Positions 8,431 through 17,338 of a stretch of DNA of 64,000 nt are shown here, in pieces. The notes under the pieces were generated by a model. That model saw only the letters and a program-made list of their open reading frames with translations, did no database searches and had not been told where the DNA came from. Both the position numbers and the translations under genes were made by a program. Every line of letters begins with the position of its first letter. Positions within the stretch are counted from its first letter, which is position 1. The stretch comes from a bacterium (GTDB lineage: Bacteria; SZUA-182; DTGQ01; JAFGSM01), in NCBI GenBank assembly GCA_049472315.1, contig JBLIRN010000013.1, positions 9,562 to 73,561 on the forward strand. The letters are read 5' to 3'.

Positions 8431-8814
8431 ATGATCGATACCCTTTCCAAGGATTTGTTGGAACTTATCATGAATACGCTCCCCTTCGAATTGACCATCA
8501 TCGACGAACATAATAAGGTCCTCTACTTCAACCGCGAAGGGAAAAGGATTTTTCCCAGGCCTCAATCAGTCATAGGCAAGAAGGTGCAGGATTGCCATCC
8601 CCCGAAAACCCTCCATCTGGTCAATCAGGTTATCGATGATCTACGCACTGCGCGTCGCGAGTCCGCCTCCTTTTGGATCGATCTGCATCGAAGGAAGATA
8701 TACATTCGTTACTTCGCCCTGAGGAATCAGGAGGGTCGCTATATGGGATGCATTGAGGTGACCCAGGATATCACCGAGGTCCAGAAACTGGAAGGGGAAC
8801 GCAGACTGCTCTGA
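8431..8814 (+). CDS. Small PAS-like or DUF438 N-terminal-like domain protein
   Basis: 128 aa. A CHPP motif and the YFNREGKRIF context resemble the PAS-like domain of DUF438 proteins. A good Shine-Dalgarno sequence (GAGAGGAGGG). Confidence 0.5.
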   Translation: MIDTLSKDLLELIMNTLPFELTIIDEHNKVLYFNREGKRIFPRPQSVIGKKVQDCHPPKTLHLVNQVIDDLRTARRESASFWIDLHRRKIYIRYFALRNQEGRYMGCIEVTQDITEVQKLEGERRLL

Positions 8815-9181
8815 ATGGACGGCGCTCATCCCTCTGCGCGATCGAAGGCGGTCCTGGAATGTGCGCTCAGGAAGCCCGAGGGTAACCTCGCCGTCGTGGC
8901 GCTCACATCGATCGCTCTCCCAGCGAGGTTTGTTGTCTGTTCCTGGCACGGAAAGGAGGCACTTGCACGTCGTTGACGTACATCACCTGCCTAAAGAGGA
9001 AATCCCGGCCAAAGGTCCACGTAAAGGTCTGCGAGACCTGTACGAGGAGGAATCGCTGCCAGTCCTTTCAGCTCTTCAGGAATCCACCGCTCTTTCTCTC
9101 CGATGATCTGAGAGATCTGGCGGTCCTGGGTGGTTCCGCACAGAACAGACGAAGGAGACAGTAGACCCACCTCGGTATCGA

Positions 9182-10324
9182 TCATGCCCCGCTTGCCTCT
9201 CCGGCAAAGGAGATCCTCAGAAGAACCGGTGTAATCAGGGCAGTGGTAAGGCACAACAGCACGGTGAGGGAAAAGTCCGTCTTGGTGATGATCGAGTGGG
9301 CAAGCCCGACACTGGCGATGGCCAGTGCCACCTCCGCCCGAGGGATCATCCCGATGCCGATCCGCATACATTCCTTCAGCGAGCGCCTCCCTCCGATCCA
9401 TGCCCCTGTCCCGCACCCGATGATTTTTGCCAGGATGGCCAGGGCTATGAAGAGCATCCCGAATGTGAGATACCCCTTGATGCTGCTCAATTGAGCCTCC
9501 AGCCCTATGGTGATGAAGAAGAGGGGGATGAAGATGGCTTGACCGATGGTGTTGATTTCATTGAGCACCTTTTGTTTCAGCGTGGTCAGGCCGATCAGGA
9601 CTCCGGCCATGTATGTCCCGGTAATGGTGGCAAGCTGGCAGACTCGGGCAAGCCAGGCAAACAGGAGCATGATGCCGAAGGAAACGGCGGTTACGGATTT
9701 TTCCGCCCTGAGCCTCTCGCTGTAATGCATGATGGGTCCGATGAAGAGCCCCAGTATAAAGGATGCGGCAAAGAACAGCACCAGCCGTGAGAGGGATACC
9801 CAGGGGGACGGTCCCCCTTTCGCAAAGAGGGCAAGGATAAGGGTGAGGATGAGGACCCCGAACACGTCGTCGATTATGGCGGAGGCCAGGATGATGCGCC
9901 CCTCGGTCCCGTCCAGTCTCTTCATGTCCCAGAGGGTCATCACCGTGACGCTCACACTGGTCGCCGTCAGTATCGTCCCTACCAGGAGGCCCTTGATCAG
10001 GCTGAATCCCCAGAGATGACACAGAAGCAATCCCGCGCAAAAGGGGAGGGCGACACCCAGGGATGCGGTGAGGAGGGTGATCTTCCCATCCCGTTTCATC
10101 TTGTGGATATCGGTCTCCAGTCCGGCCATGAACAGGAGTATGTACACCCCGATCTCTCCAAGTATTTTGATGGTTTCGTTGGGATGGATCCATCCGGTCA
10201 CCGAGGGACCGAGTATGAGCCCCATGATGAGGAGCCCTAATACCGGGGGTTGTTTGAAGCGTGAAGAGAGGTCTGAACAGATCTTGGACAGGATGATGAT
10301 GATCGCAAGTTCACAATAAAACAT
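9182..10324 (-). CDS. Cation:proton antiporter (CPA1/CPA2 Na+/H+ exchanger family)
   Basis: 380-aa polytopic membrane protein with an N-terminus typical of the KefB/NhaP-like family. Confidence 0.85.
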   Translation of the reverse strand: MFYCELAIIIILSKICSDLSSRFKQPPVLGLLIMGLILGPSVTGWIHPNETIKILGEIGVYILLFMAGLETDIHKMKRDGKITLLTASLGVALPFCAGLLLCHLWGFSLIKGLLVGTILTATSVSVTVMTLWDMKRLDGTEGRIILASAIIDDVFGVLILTLILALFAKGGPSPWVSLSRLVLFFAASFILGLFIGPIMHYSERLRAEKSVTAVSFGIMLLFAWLARVCQLATITGTYMAGVLIGLTTLKQKVLNEINTIGQAIFIPLFFITIGLEAQLSSIKGYLTFGMLFIALAILAKIIGCGTGAWIGGRRSLKECMRIGIGMIPRAEVALAIASVGLAHSIITKTDFSLTVLLCLTTALITPVLLRISFAGEASGA

Positions 10325-10371
10325 GAAACCAAAAAAACGCGGTCGGATTAAGGGTCCAACCGCGTGAAAGA

Positions 10372-10448
10372 ATGGCGGGGTTGACGAGACTTGAACTCGC
10401 GACCTCTGGCTTGACAGGCCAGCGTTCTAACCATCTGAACTACAACCC
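10372..10448 (-). tRNA. tRNA-Asp (anticodon GTC)
   Basis: The reverse complement folds as a cloverleaf: acceptor ggggttg/caacccc, anticodon loop cTGTCAa, a TTCAAGT T-loop, and a 3' CCA. Confidence 0.85.
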
Positions 10449-10469
10449 CTTGATATTCATTTCCAGGCG

Positions 10470-10545
10470 ATGGTAGGCGGAACAGGGATTGAACCTGTGA
10501 CCCTCGGCTTGTAAGGCCGATGCTCTCCCGCTGAGCTATCCGCCC
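10470..10545 (-). tRNA. tRNA-Val (anticodon TAC)
   Basis: The reverse complement folds as a cloverleaf: anticodon loop cTTACAa, a GGTTCAATCC T-arm, and a 3' CCA. Confidence 0.85.
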
Positions 10546-10652
10546 CTGAACAAGAGAATGTGATTGTAAAATCTAAAAATTTATACCATAAGGAATGCGG
10601 TATGTCAAACCAGACAAGGATCGATGCGGATAGGGTACCGCGCCAGTGCACG

Positions 10653-10943
10653 CTACCACATGTCCGAATATTTTACGGCAAAGGTCTGGAATTCACCAGT
10701 ACTGTCTTCCCATTCGAGGGACACATCGTCGACCCGAGCCCCCGGCGGGCCTTCGTGGCACCATTGAATAAAGGTGGCAAGGTTTTCATCCTCGCCCTCG
10801 GCAACGATCTCCACCCTTCCGTCCCTCCTGTTTTTCACCCACCCGGTCAGTCCCAGGTGCAATGCCTGATGCCGGCTCGTGGAACGGAAAAAGACCCCCT
10901 GTACGATCCCCGAGACGATCAGGTGGACCCTTCTCACCCCCAT
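10653..10943 (-). CDS. acyP: Acylphosphatase
   Basis: 96 aa with the VQGVFFR signature and a C-terminal GWV.N motif. Confidence 0.85.
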   Translation of the reverse strand: MGVRRVHLIVSGIVQGVFFRSTSRHQALHLGLTGWVKNRRDGRVEIVAEGEDENLATFIQWCHEGPPGARVDDVSLEWEDSTGEFQTFAVKYSDMW

Positions 10944-11079
10944 GGCACGTCCCTCATATAAAGGTTTGAGTTTTTGATCACGTGACGGGTATAATGCTGT
11001 GGCTCATGGTTGGCCAAGGCCTCCATCCTTATAAGCAATATAACCAGTATAGTATAACGCAACCTTTATTATCAAGAAT

Positions 11080-11952
11080 ATGTTGGTGGGTCCCGTGTGG
11101 TTTATTCTGTCCCTGCTATGCGCCGTTTCGCTTTCCTTTGCTGATCTTTTTTCCAAGATCGCCCTGCGGCATGCGGACATCTTTCTCGTATCATGGGTGA
11201 AGATGGCCTTTGCCTTTTTGATACTGCTTGCATCGCTTCCCTTCATTCGCATCCCTTCGATAAGCGGCCACTTCGTAAGGACCTGCCTCATCCTGTTTCC
11301 ACTCGAGGTCCTGGTGCAGCTTCTCTATATGAAGGCGATCCAGGTCTCACCCCTTTCCCTGACCATTCCCTTCCTGGCACTCAGCCCCATCTTCCTGATT
11401 GCGACCTCGTTCCTCATGCTCGGTGAACGGATCGACCGCTCAGGACTGGCGGGCATCCTCCTGATTGCAGTCGGGTCTTACATGCTCAATATCGACAAGG
11501 CAGCCTATGGATTCCTCAGCCCGCTGAAGGCCATCGCGAAGGAAAAGGGCTCATGGCTCATGGTCATCGTTGCGGCGATATTCAGTATCACGTCAAACCT
11601 GGGAAAGATCGCGATACAGGAAACCAACCCATTTTTCTTCGCCATCTTTTTCAGCGGTGTGATGGGCGTTCTCCTGTTCCCGTTTTCCCTGTTTGCATCC
11701 GATCAGCCCGTGCGCAGGATCAAGGAGCACCTGCCCATTTTCGTCGGGATCGGCATTGCCATGTCATTGACGGTCCTCTTTCATATGATGGCTATTGTCC
11801 GGGTGGAGGTGCCCTATATGATTTCAATCAAGCGGACCAGTCCGATCTTCAGCGTGCTTATGGGGTGTATCTTCCTGCATGAGTTGCATTGCAGGGAAAG
11901 GACTTTGGGGAGCATAATCATGTTTGCAGGGGTGGTTCTCATTCTCCTGTGA
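11080..11952 (+). CDS. EamA/DMT-family transporter
   Basis: 290 aa, 10 predicted transmembrane helices, duplicated EamA-like halves. Confidence 0.8.
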   Translation: MLVGPVWFILSLLCAVSLSFADLFSKIALRHADIFLVSWVKMAFAFLILLASLPFIRIPSISGHFVRTCLILFPLEVLVQLLYMKAIQVSPLSLTIPFLALSPIFLIATSFLMLGERIDRSGLAGILLIAVGSYMLNIDKAAYGFLSPLKAIAKEKGSWLMVIVAAIFSITSNLGKIAIQETNPFFFAIFFSGVMGVLLFPFSLFASDQPVRRIKEHLPIFVGIGIAMSLTVLFHMMAIVRVEVPYMISIKRTSPIFSVLMGCIFLHELHCRERTLGSIIMFAGVVLILL

Positions 11953-12109
11953 ATGAAGGATAGACCTCAGGCATGCACCACGTTCCCGCGGAGCAGCTTT
12001 GCTGCTATGTCATCCGGTTGTAATTCCGGCTTTGGCATTGCCCCATAGTGGGCAGGCAAACATGCCTGCCCATACGCCTGGGCTGATGGTTCAACATTGG
12101 AATGGCTCA

Positions 12110-12583
12110 TCAAGCGGGTTTGCTCGATTCCTTTCCCTGCACGAGGGCCTTCAACTCCTCCATGAACTGTCCGATATCCTTGAACTGACGGTAGACGGAC
12201 GCAAACCGGACATAGGCCACCTCGTCCAGCTCATGGAGCCTCTTCATGACAAATTCGCCGAGTCTCTGGCTGCTTATTTCCCTGCCCGGTGCGCTGAAGG
12301 CCTGCTCTTCTATCTGGTCGACCAGGGTTTCCAGAGAAAGGAGCGAAACAGGGCGTTTATTGCACGCCTTCACCAGCCCATTGAGCAGTTTCTTCCGGTC
12401 GAAGGGTTCACGGGAGCCATCCTTTTTGATCACCATGATGGAAAGGTCTTCGATACGCTCATAGGTGGTGAATCGTTTCTGACAGGAGAGGCATTCCCTG
12501 CGGCGGCGGATGGAAAGCCCGCCTTCACTTTCGCGAGAATCGAGAACCTTGTTCTCCGTGTAATGACAGAAAGGACATCTCAT
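12110..12583 (-). CDS. nrdR: Transcriptional repressor NrdR
   Basis: MRCPFCHYTENKVLDSR zinc ribbon and an ATP-cone. Matches NrdR along its full length. Confidence 0.9.
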   Translation of the reverse strand: MRCPFCHYTENKVLDSRESEGGLSIRRRRECLSCQKRFTTYERIEDLSIMVIKKDGSREPFDRKKLLNGLVKACNKRPVSLLSLETLVDQIEEQAFSAPGREISSQRLGEFVMKRLHELDEVAYVRFASVYRQFKDIGQFMEELKALVQGKESSKPA

Positions 12584-12715
12584 GGCTCAAGCCCTCAAAG
12601 CTGACAGATTGACGTCTCGTGGACAGTTACTGCGCATAAGCGATTATAGATGCGCGGATGCTCGCTGTCAAACAGCAATCCCGCCGGCGTGCTTATCGTG
12701 ATGCCGGGATCGGCC

Positions 12716-13024
12716 TCAGTGCATGTGATCATGGGGCACAGGTTTGATCCTGGGTATCTGTATCTCTCCGAAGGTCTGCTCGTAGCGGGCGATGTTCTCG
12801 CCGAGCACCATTGCCATCACCTTTGCGTCGATGGGGTTGGTGATGATCCGTGAAACGATCTTGAGCTTGTTACCCGGCGGAACGATAAGTCCGAAATCGA
12901 TGATGAATTCCTTTTGAGAATGACCGATGATGACCTGATTTGCGTAGGTGCCCTGTTCCATTTCATTGGAGATGTCGATCGAGATGGTTTTTTTCGGCAT
13001 TTGTTTCTTGTCGTCCTTGTCCAT
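12716..13024 (-). CDS. DUF3467-like small protein
   Basis: About 100 aa. The YANQVIIGHSQKEFIIDFG motif is reminiscent of DUF3467. Confidence 0.45.
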   Translation of the reverse strand: MDKDDKKQMPKKTISIDISNEMEQGTYANQVIIGHSQKEFIIDFGLIVPPGNKLKIVSRIITNPIDAKVMAMVLGENIARYEQTFGEIQIPRIKPVPHDHMH

Positions 13025-13060
13025 GCGTTCACCTCCTTTGGTATGCATGTCGTGACTGTA

Positions 13061-14689
13061 TCATGGGGAAAAGGTATCCTCCCTGTTCATGGTGATGATA
13101 TGACGCACCAAAAAGTCCAGTTCCTTTGAACCGGTGAAATAACTCAGGGCAAAGTAGGCGATGATGCCTATTCCTATCCCGGAGAAAAGGTACACTGCCT
13201 TGGCGAAAAGGTTTCCCGCCTCGGCGTAGAGATCGAATGTCCGATGCATGGCGATATACGATATACATCCCATTGCAAGACTGTTGCCGAGTATCTTGAG
13301 GCCGCCTGCCACCATATCCCCCTTTCCGATGATTCCCCACCTGCGCTTCATGATGCGCACAAGAAGGACCAGATTTACGAGGGCGGACAGGGAGGTGGCC
13401 AGTGCCAGCCCCGCATGTTTGAACGGGACCATGAGGATGACGCTGAGACCGATGTTTAAGAGTATGGCGATGATCCCGATGCGTACAGGGGTGGCGGTAT
13501 CCTGCCGGGCATAAAATACGGGGATGGCGATCTTGAGGCCGGAAAAGGCGCACAGACCTATGGCGAAGGCATAAAGGGCCTGTGCGGTGGCAATGGTGGC
13601 GGTGTGGGTGAACTCCCCCCGCTGGAAGAGCAGGCTGATGATGGGTATCCTGAACACAATGAGTCCGATGCTTGCAGGCAGGGTGATGAACAACACCGTA
13701 CGTATCCCGAATGAGAAGGTGGCCATCATCTCATCCGCCTTCCCCTGGGAGGCAAGGGATGAAAGGGTCGGAAGGAGCGCCGTGCCCAGCGATATGCCGA
13801 AGAGCGCAAGGGGCAGTTGAAGAAGCCTGTTGCTGTAATAGAGGTACGATATGCTTCCCTCGGGGAGGAACGACGCAAGGAGCGTATCGACCATGATATT
13901 GATCTGGGTAATCCCCAGCCCGAGGGCAGCGGGGAGCATGAGCACACCTATCCTCCGTGTTCCCGGATTGCTGATGCTGGCATTGAACATGAGCCGGGCA
14001 CCCTTTTTGAGCAAAACCGGCGCCTCCATCAGCACCTGCAGCAGTCCGCCGATGAGCACACCCACGGCAACGCCGGTGATCGGTTGTTTGAAGTGCGGAG
14101 AGAGCCACAGGGCGCCGAAGATGATGCCGATGTTGAGCGCGGCGGGCACGAGGGCGGGGATGGCAAAGTGCCTGAGGGAGTTGAGAATGCCCATGGCTAT
14201 TGCCACCACGCTGATCAGGATGATGTAGGGAAAGAGGACCCTGCTGAGCAGAACGGTTAGATTGAACTTGGCCCTGTCGGCGAAGAATCCCGGAGCCAGG
14301 ATGAGGACAATGCCGGGCGCAAAGAGGATTGCCGCACAGGTCAGAAGTATGGCGGCGATGACTGTGAGGCTCAGGACATTGCCCGCAAGCTCCCAGATCT
14401 CCTCACTGCCCTTTGTCTCCAGGTATTCGGTAAACACGGGGATAAAGGAGGCGCTTATCGAACCTTCGCCGAGGAGCCGCCTGAGGAGATTGGGGATCTT
14501 GAATGCCACGAAGAAGGCATCAGTGGCCATTTCAGCACCGAAGAGATGGGCAAGGATCATGTCCCTGATGTACCCCAGGATGCGGCTCACCATGGTGGCG
14601 GCCCCGATCACCCCTGCCGATTTCAGGAGACCTTTCTGCCGCTCATCAGTAGTGCACTTTTGTGAGATATGAAAAGAAGCACTTGACAT
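13061..14689 (-). CDS. murJ: Lipid II flippase MurJ (MviN)
   Basis: LLKSAGVIGAATMVSRILGYIRD...ATDAFFVAFKIPNLLRR is a strong match to the MurJ N-terminus. 14 transmembrane helices. Confidence 0.85.
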   Translation of the reverse strand: MSSASFHISQKCTTDERQKGLLKSAGVIGAATMVSRILGYIRDMILAHLFGAEMATDAFFVAFKIPNLLRRLLGEGSISASFIPVFTEYLETKGSEEIWELAGNVLSLTVIAAILLTCAAILFAPGIVLILAPGFFADRAKFNLTVLLSRVLFPYIILISVVAIAMGILNSLRHFAIPALVPAALNIGIIFGALWLSPHFKQPITGVAVGVLIGGLLQVLMEAPVLLKKGARLMFNASISNPGTRRIGVLMLPAALGLGITQINIMVDTLLASFLPEGSISYLYYSNRLLQLPLALFGISLGTALLPTLSSLASQGKADEMMATFSFGIRTVLFITLPASIGLIVFRIPIISLLFQRGEFTHTATIATAQALYAFAIGLCAFSGLKIAIPVFYARQDTATPVRIGIIAILLNIGLSVILMVPFKHAGLALATSLSALVNLVLLVRIMKRRWGIIGKGDMVAGGLKILGNSLAMGCISYIAMHRTFDLYAEAGNLFAKAVYLFSGIGIGIIAYFALSYFTGSKELDFLVRHIITMNREDTFSP

Positions 14690-14769
14690 AAGAGGAAATT
14701 TTCTGTTAAATGTATGGACAATGATACCATAGTCGGGATTTTAATTACTATCATGTACAGGAGTTGTTC

Positions 14770-15033
14770 ATGGCACAACAAAAATCAGCGAAAAAGGCTA
14801 TACGGCAGACGAAGCGCAAAACAATAGTCAATCGGAAGAAAAAGGGCATCTTGAAATCACACATCAAGAAGGTGCTTCTTTCCGTTGCGGAAAAGGATGC
14901 CGAGAAGGCAGCGTATGCCCTTAACGAGGCAGTATCGGTCATAGACAAGATGGCTGCAACAGGACTCATCCATAAGAACAATGCAGCACGCAAAAAATCC
15001 CGTTTGGCAAAACGGATTTCCTTGTTAGCATAA
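14770..15033 (+). CDS. rpsT: 30S ribosomal protein S20
   Basis: MAQQKSAKKAIRQTKRK...: a basic protein of about 87 aa. Confidence 0.9.
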   Translation: MAQQKSAKKAIRQTKRKTIVNRKKKGILKSHIKKVLLSVAEKDAEKAAYALNEAVSVIDKMAATGLIHKNNAARKKSRLAKRISLLA

Positions 15034-15896
15034 CATACATGCATTCTTTTCGGCTTTGCTTGCATGGCCGCTTTCCTTATCATCACACCATATGTCTCCA
15101 TGGTAATGCAGAAGGACCATGGAATAGAAATGCGGAAGTATAAAAGTATAACAGGCAGCGGCGAAATGTCAAAGACATCCTTTGTCATCGTGTAAACTGC
15201 CTTATATTCAAATATATCTGTTCAATTGTTGCAATCATCAAAAGATGATATCTCCACCACACAATAATTGAGAGGAATTAAACGTCAGCTTCTCCTCACA
15301 ACACCCGACGAAATGTGTTGACAGAATTTTCCGTGTTATCTCTATCCATGTGAGGGCATCCATGTATCAATAGCAGTCAGGGGTCCGGAAAAATATGCCT
15401 TTTCAAGCCAGATGGTTTTTCCCCTGCATGCGGTTGATAAAATTAGGGGCAATGTTATTTCAGAAATCCCGGTTCAAAAATTCAATGTATGGCCGTTGAC
15501 ATTTTTTTATTAAAAATAGTGATGCATATTAAAAATTACTTGAACCGTAAAGAACAGCGACAATTGACCGTCTTATGAAGTTGAATATATCTATTTGTAT
15601 AAATTACTTTGGCTATCATTATGTCATCGATTATACAGACCCCGACGTTTTTTAATGGATTTTTGGGTAACTCAAAAAAATCGGGTATGATTAAAAAATC
15701 CAGGAGAAAAACGTTGGTTAAAAGGGGGTGATCACGGAATTATATTAAACGGCAGGGGATTGACTCAACCGGTTTGTATGATACGCCTCATTATGATTAT
15801 TCAGTTGCATGGGGAGTATGGTGATTCATTTCCCCTTTTTTTATTATCTTAACATGCTACGTCAAGCGAAAAGATGCAGCGAAGGAGGTACTTTTT

Positions 15897-16475
15897 ATGG
15901 ACACCAGGTTAACGAGATTGTTAGGGGTGTGCGTGGTTATTTGTTTGATCGTTGGTCTGGCCCTCGTATCGGCTCCCAGGGTAGAGGCCTATTACGGCGG
16001 GTACGGCGGCTACAGCAGCCTTTTGGGCGGCTATGGCGGGTACGGCGGCCTTTTGGGCGGCTATGGCGGGTACGGCGGCCTTCTGGGCGGTCTGTATGGC
16101 GGCTACGGCGGCCTTCTGGGCGGCTATGGCGGGTACGGCGGCCTTCTGGGCGGTCTGTATGGCGGCTACGGCGGCCTTCTGGGCGGCTATGGCGGCCTTA
16201 TGGGCGGCTACGGCGGTCTGTATGGCGGCAGCAGCCTTTACAGCCCCTTCGGCTATCAGAACCTTTACTATCCGGTTGAGACCACGGGCGGTCTGACCTA
16301 TCAGGTTCCCTTCTTGCAGATTGCCCCGTTGCTGGGTGTGGCTGGCCTTTACAATCAGCTTTTCCCGGGTCTGTTTAATCCGCAGCCCCAGCTTCCGCCG
16401 ATTGTTAACGTGAGCACCCCGTCGACATTAGGTGTAACATTCCCAACCCCCATTGGGACATTTCCAATCAGCTGA
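15897..16475 (+). CDS. Secreted glycine/tyrosine-rich repeat protein: signal peptide, about 12 GGYGGYGGLL(G) repeats, and a Pro/Thr/Gln-rich tail
   Basis: GAAGGAGG Shine-Dalgarno sequence, a signal peptide (LLGVCVVICLIVGLALVSAPRVEA), a perfect repeat structure, and a strong terminator directly downstream. Confidence 0.75.
   Translation: MDTRLTRLLGVCVVICLIVGLALVSAPRVEAYYGGYGGYSSLLGGYGGYGGLLGGYGGYGGLLGGLYGGYGGLLGGYGGYGGLLGGLYGGYGGLLGGYGGLMGGYGGLYGGSSLYSPFGYQNLYYPVETTGGLTYQVPFLQIAPLLGVAGLYNQLFPGLFNPQPQLPPIVNVSTPSTLGVTFPTPIGTFPIS
15985..16245 (+). repeat. Tandem 33-bp (and 45-bp variant) DNA repeats encoding the GGYGGYGGLLG units
   Basis: Near-identical ggcggctatggcgggtacggcggcctt(t/c)tgggc units read directly. 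Confidence 0.7.
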
Positions 16476-16497
16476 TGATACGGTAGATAGAAAACCA

Positions 16498-16533
16498 GGG
16501 CGCAGGTATTCCAATCCTGCGCCCTTTTTTTAT
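16498..16533 (+). terminator. Rho-independent terminator (gggcgcagg-tattccaat-cctgcgccc plus T7)
   Basis: Perfect 9-bp GC stem with a T-tract, 22 nt after the stop. Confidence 0.7.
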
Positions 16534-16858
16534 GGTGCGCCCGGCAGGGCGCAACTGTTAAACTGATCCTGCGTAATGTCACGGGCATCTATTGTCTTTT
16601 TTTGATGTGCCCGGCAGGGAGAACAATCCCGATCCTGTGCACACATACTGTGCGTCATTCGTAATCAGCGTATACCGTACCTTCGGCACGGTAATGAATC
16701 GCACATGATTCGATTGCCTTCCGCCCGTATTGACATTGCCGAGGCCAGCACGTAATCTACTACTATAATCCCCGGAAATGGTATAATTGCGCGGCGATAT
16801 GGGGAGGCATCAATACGCGCCGTGTCCATTGGTCATGACAGCTCCGGAGAGGCCCGTT

Positions 16859-17338
16859 ATGGAGAAAAGGTTCCTGGCGGATGTCATGCTCGGCCGTTTG
16901 GCACGCTGGCTCAGGATACTCGGATATGACACCCTGTATACGCGGAAGCGTATCGACAGCCTGCTCGAGGTGCGTGCATATGACGAGGGACGTATCATCC
17001 TCACCCGCGACTCCCGTCTTTATAGAAAGCTGGGGCCGGAGCGAAGCTTTTTCATCCACGCCGATGATTTCAGGGACCAGATGGAGGAATTGATTCGTTC
17101 CCTGGACATGCACCACGATCCCGACCGTTTTCTGTCCCGGTGCCTCGACTGCAACCATCCCCTGGTTCCCATTGCGAAGGAGGATGTCCGGATGGTGGTC
17201 CCGCCCTTTGTATTTCAGACAGTGGAGGCGTTTCGAACATGCCCCCAATGCAAGAAGGTATTCTGGCCCGGTACCCACATCGGGGAGATGGAACGGCTCA
17301 TAACAACCCTTTTTGAACGGAAAGGAACAGAGGAATGA
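16859..17338 (+). CDS. Mut7-C RNase-domain (DUF82) protein
   Basis: FLADVMLGRLARWLRILGYD... and a C-terminal CPQC zinc ribbon, typical of the Mut7-C/DUF82 PIN-like family. Confidence 0.6.
   Translation: MEKRFLADVMLGRLARWLRILGYDTLYTRKRIDSLLEVRAYDEGRIILTRDSRLYRKLGPERSFFIHADDFRDQMEELIRSLDMHHDPDRFLSRCLDCNHPLVPIAKEDVRMVVPPFVFQTVEAFRTCPQCKKVFWPGTHIGEMERLITTLFERKGTEE

Noticed and set aside
11999-12604. 201-aa + strand ORF
   Set aside because: It is antisense to nrdR, which is a full-length conserved match.
13731-14260. Various ORFs overlapping murJ on both strands
   Set aside because: They are alternative frames within a confidently assigned 14-TM MurJ gene.
15985-16245. Possible CRISPR array
   Set aside because: The repeats are contiguous 33-bp coding units without unique spacers. 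They lie inside an ORF and there are no cas genes.
15809-16296. Alternative-frame ORFs across the Gly/Tyr repeat (RLWRVRRP-rich and AAFWAAMAG-rich)
   Set aside because: These are other frames of the same DNA tandem repeat. Only the 15897 frame has a Shine-Dalgarno sequence, a signal peptide and a terminator.
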